The translations under genes were made by a program, and so were the position numbers. Below are positions 24,061 to 38,440 of a DNA stretch of 64,000 nt, piece by piece. The notes under the pieces are model-generated. The model made no database searches, had not been told where the DNA came from, and was given only the letters and a program-made list of their open reading frames with translations. Source of the DNA: Neocallimastix sp. 'constans' (taxonomy: Eukaryota); the NCBI GenBank assembly GCA_050613775.1, contig JBODTK010000013.1, forward strand, positions 248,001-312,000, given 5' to 3'. The stretch's first letter is position 1; the number at the start of each line of letters is the position of its first letter.

Positions 24061-25687
24061 TACTTTATTTATTTACTTATTTTTTTAAATTTATTTTTTT
24101 ATTATAAAAAACAAATAAATTTTATTGAAATAATTAATTAGAATTAAGTTTCTTTGATTTGTAAATTTTTCATTATAATATTTTTATATTGTAAATTGTT
24201 GATTTATTTAAAACAATTTTTTATCCATAAAGCTAAAAATTATATTTATTAATTTATTAATTATATATATAGTATATTTCCTATTTTTTATAATTAATCA
24301 GATAATTAAATTTATAATAATTAAAAAATATTCCCATCAACATAATGATAACCCATAAACAATATTATTATTTTATTAAATTTGTGTTACAAATTTATTA
24401 ATTTATGATTTAAATTTTTTTTTTATTTTTTTTATTTTTTTTTTATTTTTATTTATATTGGCAATTAGTAGTTATGATTTACTACTATTTAAATAGTATT
24501 ATAATGCAAAAAAAAAAATGTATAATGTTAAAAAATTTTTTTATGTTATGTAAAAAAATAATTAATTATGATATTGCAAATTGTAATTTTATTACATGAT
24601 AATTAGTATATTAATTATTAATGATTAATATATGTTAAATTTGAATTATAATTCAAAAATATTTTAAATAGTATAAAATACCTAAATAATTTAATGTTTT
24701 GTTTTTATTAAAACTTAAAAAAAATATATATAATGCTATTATATATTTACAATGTATAAATAATGATTAATTAATGATTAAATGTAGAATAAAATAATTT
24801 TAATGGTATTAAAATTTATATAATATTGCATTGCTTTGTTAATTTGCTAAATAAAAATAAATAAATAGTTCGATATTACAATTTAAATATTTTTAAATAA
24901 TCTTATTAATAAACTTATTTACTAACTTTAATATATAATGAAAAATATTAATGGTATAAAAGTATAACTTTAAATAATTATGATACAACATAATATGAAT
25001 AAATAAAATAGGTACTGTGTATGTTTGAGTTGATAATTGTAGTAACCATCATATTTCCTCAAATAATTATATCGCAGAAATATAATGTTTTATAGATTAC
25101 TCTATAGAGCTTTAATTAAAATTACTTGATACTTTTAAGTATAAATAATATTATAATCATTATCAAAAAAAAGATTACTAACATTTTTAATATTCTATTT
25201 AAGAATTTATTAAATATTACATATATGTAATTTTATTTATTACTTTATTTTTATTATTCAATTTATATTGACGATACTTGTTTGTAATTCATGGAATTGA
25301 ATTCTAATGATATATAATAGTTTTTAATTAAAAAATTTGTACTGAAAAATACTGTAATAGATGTACTGAAAACAATTGCATTGCTATTTTTATTACATTT
25401 TGAAATTGTTACCATTGGATAATGAATTATTAATATTACTAATTAACTATAATTAGATAAATTTGGGTATTTTAATTTTAATAACGGTATTTTTTAAAAT
25501 ATCATGACTATTTTTTGTGATTTTACTACTTTTATTTTATTGATTATTTGTATTTTTTTTTTTTTTTTGGTTTTTATATGAATTTTAATTGTAGATTAAT
25601 AAATCTATAATTTTATTCAAAATTGCTTTGTACATATATATCTATTTTATAGAAATAAAATAAATAATTTAAAAGGATTTAGAATAT

Positions 25688-28600
25688 TTAGAAATGGAAA
25701 ATTGCAGTGACAAAAAGTAAGACAAAGAATGTGAAGATAGATGGTTTCAATATCGTGAAAGCAGCACTGACACTACATTTTTCTGGATTATCTTCATCCT
25801 CAATACATTCGACATAGCCGAGTTGATCGACGTTACAGATCTTTACTTCATCGGTTTCATCATCCACTCTTACGTAGTTATTGACACAGACAAGATCGAA
25901 GGTAGATTTGGTTTCTTCGACATTGTAGGTACAGTTGGTGAAGATACCACTGACGGCTTCAAGGTAGTTCTTTCCACGACGAGTGACCACGGCGGTGGAG
26001 TTGTTATTCTTTTGAATGTCATCGACGGCTTGCTTAATCTTATCTGGGAATTCTTCTGTGAGGGCCAATGGGAAGTTGACGACGACGTTATCATCGTAGG
26101 AACAGTAACGAGAAACGACTGGAACGAGAAGAGAGCTGACTTCACAGCGGTAGTAGGCCTCATCAATGTAGTAGTATTGTCCACTGACACAGTTTTGCTT
26201 GACACATTCCGTGGCTTCCAATCCTTCGGAATCATGGACACAAGAGAAGACTTCTCCAGCATTGGTGAAGTAGTAGCCAGTTTCATCAATTGGTTTACAT
26301 TCACCATCTTCTTGATCACAGTGATACATTTCATTATCGACGGTGTAGTAGTATCCATAGTTGGCCTTTCCTTGAATGATGATTTCATCACCCTTCTTGG
26401 CAAACTTGTAGACATAGGTGTTGGTTGGATCAATGGCAATGTAGGCATATCCAGAAGTGCTTGGAGAAGACCAGACACCATCTTTGTATCTTAAGATGTT
26501 TCTGGCTTGAGCATCGTAGTAGTAGGTGTCTTCATCGGGTTCGTAGACACGACAGGAGGAAAGGTTACATCCATAGACAACAATACTGTTATTCTTGTTC
26601 TTGTAGTTCTTACTGACGACGGTGGTGTTGGTGGAGAGACTGATGATGTAGAATCCGGTTTGATCGACCATTTCAGCAGCAAATTGGTTCATGTGGTAGA
26701 GGTGTTGAGAGTAGCCGTAGATGTAGTTATTAATGTTTCCGGCACGATAACATTCTCCAGTTTCGCGGTTCTTAATATCGGTGGTTGCAAGAACAATTTC
26801 ACCCTTGTAGGTGATACAGAATTCTTGGTTCTTCAAATCGGCATTTGGTGTACACTTATTATTGGCAAAGATACAGATGATATCCTTTTCATAGGCAAAG
26901 GTGAAGACATCGTTATTGACATTGTACTTTAAGATTCTCTTGTTGACATCAGCATAGTAAGTATTAGCATCTGGTTTATCGATGATACTACAGCTACTTC
27001 CGTTACAGCGGTAGAGTTTGACATTTTCATCGTTGTAGGCATCAATTTCGTTACCACCAACAAGGGTGTTCTTGGCGACATTGAGGAAGTAGTAACCGGT
27101 TTCGTAGAATTGAAGGACACTACCTTGATCAAGAGTGTAAATGTTGGATCCAACAGTGAAGTACATATCATTGTAGGAATCATTGACTTCAAGACAGTTG
27201 GAGTTGGTGGTAGTGTAGACATAGGTAGAGGTGACACCAGAAATGACATTTGGCTTGACAACGACGGTATCTGTGGCAAAGTAGAAGACGGAACGATCAC
27301 TGTTAGTACAGATGTTTCCAGCAGCAATAGAAGTGGTAGCCGATTTAGTCATAGCATATTCGAGGGTGATGTAACACTTGTTGTTGTTAAATTCACACAT
27401 TGGAATGGCAGCTAATTCGCTGGCAGAGAGGGCAGCACACTTACCGGCAACACAACGAATAATACCGTAGGCATCATCGGAGTTATCTCTTAAATTGACC
27501 ATCTTTCCATCTTCTTCCAAGTCATCATCATCACGTCCATGGACATTTTGAACATTTTGAGCGTTATCGGAACGTTTATTGGAAGTGAGACCCTTGAGAG
27601 CACCTCTAAAGATACCATTCTTGACGGTAATGGTCTTACACTTGTGACCAGCCTTACAACGAATTAAGACATTGGAAATGCTAGACATATAGAAACCATT
27701 GTTGGTGGCTTCAGAAGAACAGGTGACTACATTACTGTTTTGGACACAGTTGATAATGGTGTTGCTGCTTTCAGAGGAATCGGCGTTGTCATAGTAGTTG
27801 ACAGTTGGAGTAAATTCAGCACAAGAAGTTGGACTGGTACATTGAATCAAAAGAGTACTGGTATGAGTGAGGTAATATCCGGATTTAGCCTTGGCAACAC
27901 TACATTTACCACCCTTACATTCAATGATGGCATTATTTCTCTTATCGAATCCAGCATTGACATACTTGACCTTATTCTTGACTTGACTGTAGGAACAGCT
28001 AGTAGCGGTGGTGCATTTAATGACTCCATTATTATCAGTATGACCATGAGCGACGTAGTAACCAACTTCGGCAGCTACCGTCATACAGTTACTATTGTTA
28101 CATTGAATCAAACTGTTAGTAGTGGAGTCATAGCCACTGTTTTCATAATAGGTAGAACTCTTTGGTTTGAGGCTGACACATTTCTCTCCATTTTCACATT
28201 GAATAATGTATGGATGCTTTGTGCCACTGGTGACACGGTTACCATCAACAACATAACCGGTGAATGAAGCGTATTCCAAGTTGCCATCGTTACAGAAGAC
28301 AGCCTTGCGATTTTCAGAATCAAACATGTAGGTGTTGGAAGTACATCCTGGACGTTCAGTACAGACCTTGGTGGAATCATTACAATCATAGAGAGAGATA
28401 TCAGAGGTATCACCACCTAATGAATCGACTAATTTACCATTCTTATCGATCATGACAACACCACTTTGGTAGAAGCGGTTAATGAAGTAACGAGAAATCT
28501 TGAATAAGGAACCAATTTCAGACTTAATACCTGGGAATCCGTTACTTGGAATGGTAGCGAAGGCATAGGTATCATCTGATTTAGAGGCAGTAATAGCAGT

Positions 28601-31600
28601 GCTGTTATTAGCAGTAAAGAATTTCAATTGACCATCTTCATAACAGTAGTTACCTGGAACCGCTTTTTCGGCTGATGGACATGATTTGGTGTCTTCTTCT
28701 TCACATTCGTTTCCTTCCTTTTCACACTTGATAATCTTCTTTTCTTCATTACCGGCATTGACGTAGAAACCGAGATCAACCTTAACGGTACTACAACCTT
28801 CAGTGGAATCACAAATGATGGTTTGATTGGTTGATTTGTTGTAGCCGCTATTCAAGTAGTATCCTTCGGAAGTGAAGGCTGAAGTTAAGGTACATCTTTC
28901 TTCATCATCTCTCTTTCTACGTCTTTCAGCTGGTGGAGTGGATTTCACACATTTAATTAAACCATTGACATTGTCACCATCCTTACCAATGTAGTACATT
29001 GGAACAGCAGCTGGAGTTTGCTTTTCACATTTCTTGTTGGAACAGAAAATGATAGCGTTGTTCAAATCAGTGCTTTCAGCATTGACGTAATATTCGACAC
29101 CCTTTTCGACGGTGGCCACACCAACACATCCGTTGTCAGAGGAACATTGAATTAATTGTTTATTGTCACCGGATTCAGAGTAGTTGGAATTGACGTAGAC
29201 ACCTTCGTTGGTATCTGCTTCTGCCTTACAGGTACATTTCACAGTATCGTCTTCAAAGGCACATTCAATGATATCGTAATTCAATGGAGTTTCATCGATA
29301 TCACCAGCATTGATGTAGTATTCCTTACTTGTTTCGGTGGCAGCACTGGCGGTCTTACTACAGGCATTCTTGGCACACTTGATCAATGGAACATTGGCGT
29401 TATCAATTTCATTGCTGTTAACATAGACTTGGTATTGGGCGGCCTTGTAGAGATCACAGGTGACGGCATTGTCATCTCCGCTGGCACATTGAATAAGGGC
29501 ATATTCAAATTTATCTTTTCCTTCATTACCTGAATTAAGGTAATAGTTTGGTGCGGGTGAGGATTGTTCGCCAGCAGCTGCTTCATCATCTACTGCATAT
29601 GTTGTATCTGGTGTAGGCTCTGCTTCTCTTCTTACTGGAGTTGCAGTTTCCATTTCGGATGTAGCTTGGCTTTCAACACCAAGGGTAACGGGAGTACCTA
29701 CACATCCCTCTTCTTCTGAACAAATAATCAATTGATTTTCAGTGTCGTCACTGTTACCATTGAGGTAGACATCTCCAACCTTACCGCTTGTAATATCACA
29801 AGAAATGGATCCTTCGCCATCAGATTTACCACTACTCTTTTTGAGGGTACATTTAATCAAGTCTAACTTGAGTGGCTCACCATCTGGAATATCACCACCA
29901 TTAACAAAGAATTGAGGTTTGTTTTCTTCAGCGGTTGAGTTAGTAGCACTACATCCTTCCTCAGTTACACATGAAATAACGGTAGATGGATCAAATGAAT
30001 TGATATAAACCATATTTTCTTCTCCTTTTGCAGGTTCACAAATTCTAGTGTTATTGCTTACGGAACATTTAATGAGATCATTTTCAAAAACTTCTTGACC
30101 TTCTGATTTTAAGTCACTTGAGTTCAAGAAGTATTGATATTTCTCAGCCGTTGCAGTACTTGGAACGGCCTTACAACCAGTGGAGGCATCCTTACAAATA
30201 ATAAGTTGCTGGTCAAGAGCGTTGATATAGATATCCTTTTCTTCAGCCTCGACTACTTCACATGCTTCGTCACTGTCGGCACATTCAATTAAGGTATCTG
30301 TTAATTTTTCGGAACTGGAGGCACCGGCGTTAACATAGTAAGCAGGTGCATCCCCAATAGTAGCAGCTTCCTCCACACAGTCAGTACTGGTACATTTAAT
30401 AAGATGCAATGGAGTGGTGTCGGTTGTATTGAAATTGGCATTGACAAAGACATCATTTTCTTTAGTGGTTAAATTGGTATCACAAACAACTCCATCATCA
30501 GCCACTGCACATCTTATAATTTCAGTTTTAGTGGCACCATCATAGTCGGATCCATCGCTCTTGGTATCAGCATTGACATAGAATTCGGTAACGTTGGCAC
30601 TAGCACTACTTGCTGCTAAAGCACATGCTCCTTCTGTATCACACTTAATAAGTTGATTTTCGGTATCTGCATTTTCACCACCAAAGTTTGCATTCAAAAA
30701 TACCTTCTTTCCGGCTACAGCAGTTAAATTTGCTACTGGTACGATATCACAACCACTGTCACTGTAACATTTGATAAGATCGGTTTTACTGATGTAGAAT
30801 GCTGAAGTAGTTCTGGTGGCATCATTAGGAGTAGAGGCACAACCGATTTCTTCGAAACAACGAATAATATTATTGACATCAGATGAATCAATGTAGACAT
30901 CCAAGTCCGCTATTGTATCAGGAAGTGTGCATGGTGTTTCGGTATTTGAAAAAAGACATTCTATCACTGACTTGGATAACTTATCATCAGTATCTGGTTC
31001 ACCATGAATATAATGGTACTTCACACCATTAACTGGAGTAGCAGGATTCTTGTAAGTGGCACAGCTTTCAGAAGTATATCTGATAAGGTAGTTTTCGGTA
31101 TCCTTAGGGGCAGCCGTACCATAATTAGCATTAACAAAGTAGAGTTCCGAGGCGTCTCCAAGATCCACCGATATGGAATCACAAGTCGAGGCATCACTAC
31201 ATCTAATTAATGGGGCTGTGGAATTACCGGCATTGACATAATATTTGAATCCTGTATCAGAAGCACCACTTTCAATAGTTTGACAACCATTTGTTGCATC
31301 GGAACATTGGATCAAAATTTTAGAGGATTCATTTTCAACAGCATTGAGATAAATAGAATTTGGTTCGACAGAAGGTACCACTCTACATCCTACGGTCGTT
31401 CCAGTACATTCAATCAAAGCATTGGTAAGTTTTGCTCCGTCGGTGACGGCAATACCATTAATGTAAAAACCAGCGGTGGCTGGTGAACTTGTACAAGCAG
31501 CAGATGTACTTACACAATAAATCAAATTGGTGTAGTATTGTTCTTCTCCTCTTTTGGCTTCTTCAGGAGTACCGACATCAACAAAATATAACTTTTCAGC

Positions 31601-34182
31601 TGAAGGTGGTCCGGCTACACAGCCACTTTCGTTACAGGTAATAAGTTGTTTTGCAGGAGTAGCAGTATCTCCCTTATTGATATAGACACCAGCCACAGGG
31701 CTTGGGACAGCGCCACATGATAAAATATCACCAGCCACTTCACATTGAATAATTGAATTGGGTAAACCGGACGCCACAGCGGAATTTGGATAGAAACCAG
31801 CATCATCGGTGGTGTTCGCCTTTGCAAATGCAGAGTCATATTTAATGATACTTTTATAACTTTCTCCGTTCTTTTCAGCCTCATTCAAGAAGCAGTTACC
31901 AGCCTCACCAGCGACTGCGGCAACAGCACCAGTAGTATCGGTAATATTTAAGACAGTGATAGCAGAAACACTTTCATTATCTTCTGGAAGGAAATAATAT
32001 CCTACAGTGGTGACCTTATCGACGGCTGTTGAATTTACATTAATTAAAGTGTCAGCCGTTAAATTCGAATTATTTGATGTAAGGTAATAATAACCTTCAG
32101 TTTCGATTAATGTAACTACACTGTCGGTGACACTAATCAATGATATGGCATTCAAATTAATTCCACTTGCCTCATAATAGTAATATTTTGGATCGGTGGA
32201 ACCTGTTTCGGCAGTGACGGTTAAGGCACCACCTTCACCGGCAGTCACTGTCACTAATTTTTCTGAGCCAGAGGCTTGATTGGAATTGTTCTCATCAAGG
32301 AAATAGGCTTTGGCTTCGGCCTTACTTGCAACACCAGAAGTATCGACTTTAATCAAGGCTTCAACGGAACCTAAATTAGTTTCTCCTGAGGCATAATAGT
32401 AATACTTATCAGCATCTTCTCCTCCGGTTTCGGCGGTGACGGTCAAGTTTGGATCTGTTCCAGCCACAGTGACTAATTTTTCAGAGCCAGCGGCCAAATT
32501 CGAATTGGTACTATCGAGGTAGTAGGCTTTCGCTTCAGCCTTGCTCGCCACACTGGAAGTGACACTAATTAAAGCTTCAGCGCCTAAATTAATTCCATTG
32601 GCGGCATAATAATAATATTTTGGACTTTCGGTACCTCCGGCTTCGGCAGTGACGGTTAAGGCACCACCTTCACCTGCAGTCACTGTCACTAATTTTTCTG
32701 AGCCAGAGGCTTGATTGGAATTGTTCTCATCAAGGAAATAGGCTTTGGCTTCGGCCTTACTTGCAACACCAGAAGTATCGACTTTAATCAAGGCTTCGCC
32801 CGTTAAATTGGATTCACCATCTGCATAATAGTAATACTTTTCAGCATCTTCTCCTCCGGTTTCGGCGGTGACGGCTAATTCATCATCAACCGTGACTAAT
32901 TTCTCGGAACCAGAAGCCAAATTGGAGTTGGTACTATCAAGGTAGTAGGCGAGAGCAGGTGCTTGAGTGGCTGCACCTTCCGTAGTGACTCTGATCAGTT
33001 GGGTGGTAGGACTGGCGAGAATGGGGGAATCCGTTGGTGTAAGATAATAGTATTTTGTGTCCTCCTCTGAGGTTTCCTTGGTGACGGCACCAGCAGCATT
33101 GACACTGATTAAATAGTTGGTATTGTCGGGTAAATTTGAATTTCCAGTACCGCCACCCGTAAGATAATAATAACCAGCAGTGGCTTGACTGACAGCATCG
33201 GTCGTGACGCTAATCAACGCTTCAGCACCTAAATTTGATTCTGTATTGGTAAAATAGTAGTACTTTGGAACCGTTTCGGTGTTTGTCTGTTGAGTGGCTG
33301 CTCCATTCTCACCAGCGAGGTAGAGGGCCGCCGTTTCTTCGTTAGAATTCGAGGTGGTCAAGTAGTAGTACTTGCCGTTCGCCCCGGGGGTGGCCGTACC
33401 ACCAGAAACGGTGACAATGGTATCCGTATTTTCGGCCTCATTAGAATTCGTAGAGGAAAGATGATATGTCTTGTCGGCAGCGACGGAACAACTGCCATTA
33501 GCGTCACAACTGTATAATTTACTACCAGTTGAGTCGTAGTATAATTTGCTGGTAATTTGAGTCAAAGTCGTTCCATTATAATCATAGATGAGGAAACTTG
33601 TCTCGGTATCTTCAGCTACTGAACAAGTAGATGCATTGGTACATTTGATTTTCATAAATGTTTGAGAGGATAATTTAGTTTCACAAGTTCCTGTTGTTGC
33701 CGGTTCTGCAGTACTATCGCCTGGAGTGGAAAGATAGATCATATTTGCTGAAGCATCGGCACATAGTGTCGTTGTTGTCAATTCCGATCCTCCAGTAGCT
33801 GTAAGACATGCTCCACCTGTATTTGTCACACATGTTGGCAAAGCTATTTAAAAATTATATATATATCAAAATTTAGTATTAAAAGTAATATTCCAAATAA
33901 AAACATAAAACCTTTGTTTACAAATTCCTTTTTTTTTTTAACATTAAAAAAATAAACAAAATAATCAAAAAAATATATATATATATATATTGTCAATATA
34001 TAAATTTAAATAAAAAAAGTTATTACATACCATCTGCTGAAACTCTAGTAGCTAAGCTACCTAAGAAAATCAAGCCAATAAGTCTATCATAACATACGAT
34101 TATAAAAGGTTTGTTTTGTTTATGTTTTGTTAATGTTTTGTTTTTAGTAATATTTTGACAAAAAGAGAAAAATAAAATAAGA

Positions 34183-34230
<48 letters not shown>

Positions 34231-35024
34231 TATAAAAATAAAAAAATAATAAAAATAAATAATAATAAAAAGTATTATAATAAATAAATGAATAAATTAA
34301 ATATAAATTAAATAAATAATTTTGAAAAAAAAATTTTCAATTCAGGGGTTTCAGGGGTTAGAGGGTAATTTTTTAACCAATAAGAAAATGGTTTCGTGAT
34401 CAAGTAATAACCAATAGACATGATTTGATTAAATGAAAAAAAATTTTTTGTTAGTAATACATTAAATATATTATTAATAAATTTATCAATATATTAAATT
34501 TTGTATAAAATCTAATTTGAACCAATTAAATTCATTTTTATTTAAATTAAATTTTATCCCTATTTTTTTATTTCTTTTTATATATATCTATGTCCAGTAT
34601 TTATGTCCATTTATTATTTTTTCTTAACTCCTATAATTTTTAAAAAAAAATTTTTTTTTACTCTCAAGAATAATTGGTTCCCTTTTCTCTCTTTAATTTA
34701 ATTCAGCCATTTTTTATTTCTATTTCTAATTCGATGATTTTATTATTAATAAATTCTTATTATTTCTAATTATTTCTATTTTTTTATTATTTTTTATTAT
34801 TTTTTTATTAATTCTATTTTTTATTATTTTTTATTTCTTATTACTTCTTTTAATTTTATCTTTCCTCTTTACTATTTCTTTCTTTATCTCTTCCTATCAC
34901 AGTCTGTCTTTCTTCCTTACTTTTGTATTCATTTTATATAATATTTCTTTTTATTCTTTTCTATCTAATTCAACTATTTTTATTTCCTATTTTTTTTTTA
35001 CCTTGAGATATTTAGGGTATACAT
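25688..35024 (-). CDS. Fungal cellulosome scaffoldin-like surface protein, copy 1 (~2743 aa; exons 35024-35002, 34083-34031, 33843-25688)
   Basis: An 8.15-kb open exon with dozens of (Y/F)YxN...LIxC...C repeats typical of Neocallimastigomycota scaffoldins and a hydrophobic C-terminus. GT-AG splicing yields the signal peptide MYTLNISRLIGLIFLGSLATRVSA-DALPTC. Confidence 0.88.
31900..33470 (-). repeat. Cys-free internal repeat block in scaffoldin copy 1
   Basis: KYYYY...EALI(K/S)V...ASKAEAKAY(F/Y)LD..NSN.A.GSEKLVTV units. There is a near-exact DNA duplication at 32211 and 32646 (435 bp = 145 aa). Confidence 0.9.
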
Positions 35025-37159
35025 ATTGGCTTGAATCCCCTTCGATTTCACTTTCAAAAAGTAAATAATTTTATTTTTTTTTTAAAAGATAAAAAAAATA
35101 AAAAACTATTAAAAGGTATTAAAATAGAATGGAAAAATTAATTTTTTTTTCTTTATAAACTCTTCAATTTTTTTTTTTATTTTTTTGTAGAGTTTTTTTT
35201 ATTATTAATGAATTTATTTTTTTTATGTTTTTTCTCTACAACTTATCTTTAATAGAATTTTTTTTTTTAGTTATTTTAAAAAAAAAAAAAAAATTGAAGA
35301 TAAGAGAAAAATAAATATAAAAAAATTATTTTATAAGAAATGAAATAATATAAAATAATAAATTTTTTGTAATTTTTATTTTTTTTATTATTCTTTCATT
35401 TCTATTTTATAGAAAAATAAAAATTTTAAATTTTTTCATTTTTTTTTTTTGATGGTCTTTGAAAGGATTTGAGAAAATGAAAAAAAGAAAAAATTTAATA
35501 ATGAATAATACTTTAATAATAATTTAATAATTTAATAATGAATAATAATAATAAAAATTATTTTTGATATTATTTTTGATAGTATTTTTGATAGTTTTAA
35601 TTATTTAATTATTAAATTTTTTGTTAACCTTCTAAAATTGAAAATAAAAATAAAAAATTTTTATTTAATTTTATTTTCTATTAATTAATTTATTTTATTA
35701 TTAGCAATAGAAAAAAAAAATTTATTTTATTTTATTTTATTTTATTTTTTTTTTACTATTTGATAGTATTAAAAATTAGAATAATGCTTATTTATCTTTT
35801 TATTATTATTTATTTATTATTTATTATAAATTAATAAATACTCTTTTTATTATTATATTATATATTAATATATATTATTATTTATTATTTTATATTATAT
35901 ATTATTATTATAAATTATATATTATTATTTATTATTAATATATTTATTTTTTTTTTATTCAATTATTTATTATTCATTATTTATTATTTATTATTTATTA
36001 TTTTTTTTTAGACATGAATATTATTTATTAATAAATACTTTTTTTATTTATTTATTATATATTATTAATTTATTATTTTATATTATATATTAATATTATA
36101 TATCATTATATATTATTATATATATTATTATATATTATTTATTATATATTATATATATATATTATTAATATTATTATTATATATTATTCATTCATTCATA
36201 CTATTTATTATTATTATTTACTATTATTTATTATTATTATTATTTGTTTTTGTATTTACCGGTTGATGTTTTATTATTCATATTATTAATAATCATTTTA
36301 TTACTATTTTTTTTTTTTTTTTACCTATTATTAATTCATTATTATTATTATTATTTTTGTTTTCGTATTTACTAACTGATATTTTATTTTATTTATTATT
36401 CTTAATAGGTTTATTACTATTATTTTTATTATCACTGCTATTAACTTCTTTTAATATTTTAATTCATAGAAATAACTAAAAGAGCATCAAACTCTTTTTC
36501 TCTCTAAAATTTGGATAAATATGAAAAAGTATAATAAAAAAAAAAAGGACTATTTTTTTATTAATATTAATTACAATACCAATAATATCAAGTAATGACT
36601 TTCCAAGAAAAAAAAAAAACTTTTTTTCTTTACCACTACATAAGTGTAATAGGATTAGTATTAAATAAGAAAATATATATATATATATTTTTTTATTTCT
36701 AATAATACTTTTTATTTCATATATACTTTTTTCATAAAGTTCTAATTCTAATTTTTTTATCTTTTCATTATTTCAAATAATATTTATTAAAAGCTTTTGA
36801 TTCGAAAACAATAAAGCTGAAGGCATTTAAAAAAAAATAAAAACTTATTATTTTAAATGGATATAAACTATTAAATATTGACTGGTGTTATATCTTTCTT
36901 ACCTATTTTAATGAAAAATGGATTTACCTCCCCATATTTCACTCTTTTTTTTTGGTTTTTGAAGTAGAGTATAATATAAAAATGATTTTTTTATTACTTT
37001 TAATTATCATTAATATTATTTAATATTATTTCAAACTAATTTTTTTTTCCTTTATTAATATTTTTATTATTATAATAAATCTATATATATAAAATAGATT
37101 CAATTGAATATGCTACGGTATCTTATTTTCTATATAATACGAACCATTATTCAATTTAT

Positions 37160-37545
37160 TTCTAATTATAGAATTAATACTCCAATACCTTCAATATTTA
37201 TTATGGTAATGAATTAATTAGTAAATAAGTTTTATAATTTAATTATAGAATTAAGGTACTAATATCATCAATAATTAATTAATAATTCATAGTTTTATAA
37301 TTTAATTATAGGATTTAATTCTCCAATACATTCTATATTTATTATGGTAATGAATTTAGTTCATAATAGTTTTATAATTTAATTATAGAATTAAGGTATT
37401 AATATCTTTTTATTTTTATTTGGTGTTGAATTAATAATTAACGTTTTTATTAATTATAGAATTAAGGTACTAATATCATCTATAATTAATTAATTATTAA
37501 TAGTTTTATTATTTAATTATAGGATTTAATGCTCCAATGCCTTCT
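37160..37545. repeat. Degenerate tandem repeat (~63-77 bp units)
   Basis: taattatag(a/g)att(a/t)a recurs about 6 times with alternating ctccaat and ggta(c/t)taatatc tails. Confidence 0.75.
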
Positions 37546-37799
37546 TTAGTTTTTCTACTCAGAAAGTAAAAATATATTTTTACTTCTTTCTCCCGAAAAC
37601 AGTAATAATAATAATAATAATAATAATAATTAAAATAATAAAATTAAAATAATATAAATAAAATTTAAAATAAAAATAAACCATACAATTTCCCTTAATA
37701 GCATTAACCTTTTTATTTTTTATTTTTAATTTTTTTTTTTTTTTTTACTCTTTTTATGATAAAAATAGATTTTTAGAATCATTATGAAAAATAAAAAAA

Positions 37800-37970
37800 A
37801 AAATAATAGAAATTAGAATTCATTTCGTTGATTTAATCCTGAACACTCGAAAATAATAGAAATTAGAATTTATTATCGAGTTAATAAATGAACCATTGAA
37901 ATCATAGAAATTAGAATTCTTTATCAAGTTAGTAAATGAACTTTTGAAATAATACAGATTAGAATTTATT
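37800..37970. repeat. Short tandem repeat (~48 bp, 4 copies)
   Basis: aaataatagaaattagaatt variants at ~37801, 37851, 37899 and 37947. Confidence 0.7.
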
Positions 37971-38063
37971 CATTACTTTAATTAGTAGAAAGAAAATTAA
38001 AATTAGTTATTATTAAAAAAAAAAAAAAAATAAAGAATTTTATATTTAGTAATATCTCATATA

Positions 38064-38109
<46 letters not shown>

Positions 38110-38234
38110 AAAATATAATCTTATTGATAAAAATTATAATTTAACTATTATTAAAAATATAGATTACAAAGTAGAAAATCGATCCGTTCTCTCCCCCAAG
38201 AAAAACTTTTTTTTATAAAATTATATCAAAATAT

Positions 38235-38440
38235 CTATAAAAAAAGGTGATTATTATATAAATAGAATTATATATAGATATATAAAAAGGGTGAATATTA
38301 TATAAGTATAATTATATAGATATTAAAAGGGTTTTAATATAAAAATATAGATATATAGATATATAAAAAGGGTGAATATTATAAAAATATAGATATATAG
38401 ATATATAAAAAGGGTGATAATATAAAAATATAGATATATG
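38235..38440. repeat. Short tandem repeat (~40 bp, 5 copies)
   Basis: atatagatatataaaaagggtga(a)tattata variants. Confidence 0.75.

Noticed and set aside
34340..34420. AGGGG (STRE-like) and CCAAT motifs
   Set aside because: Short motifs inside the predicted intron 1, with no counterpart seen in the paralogue and no independent support.
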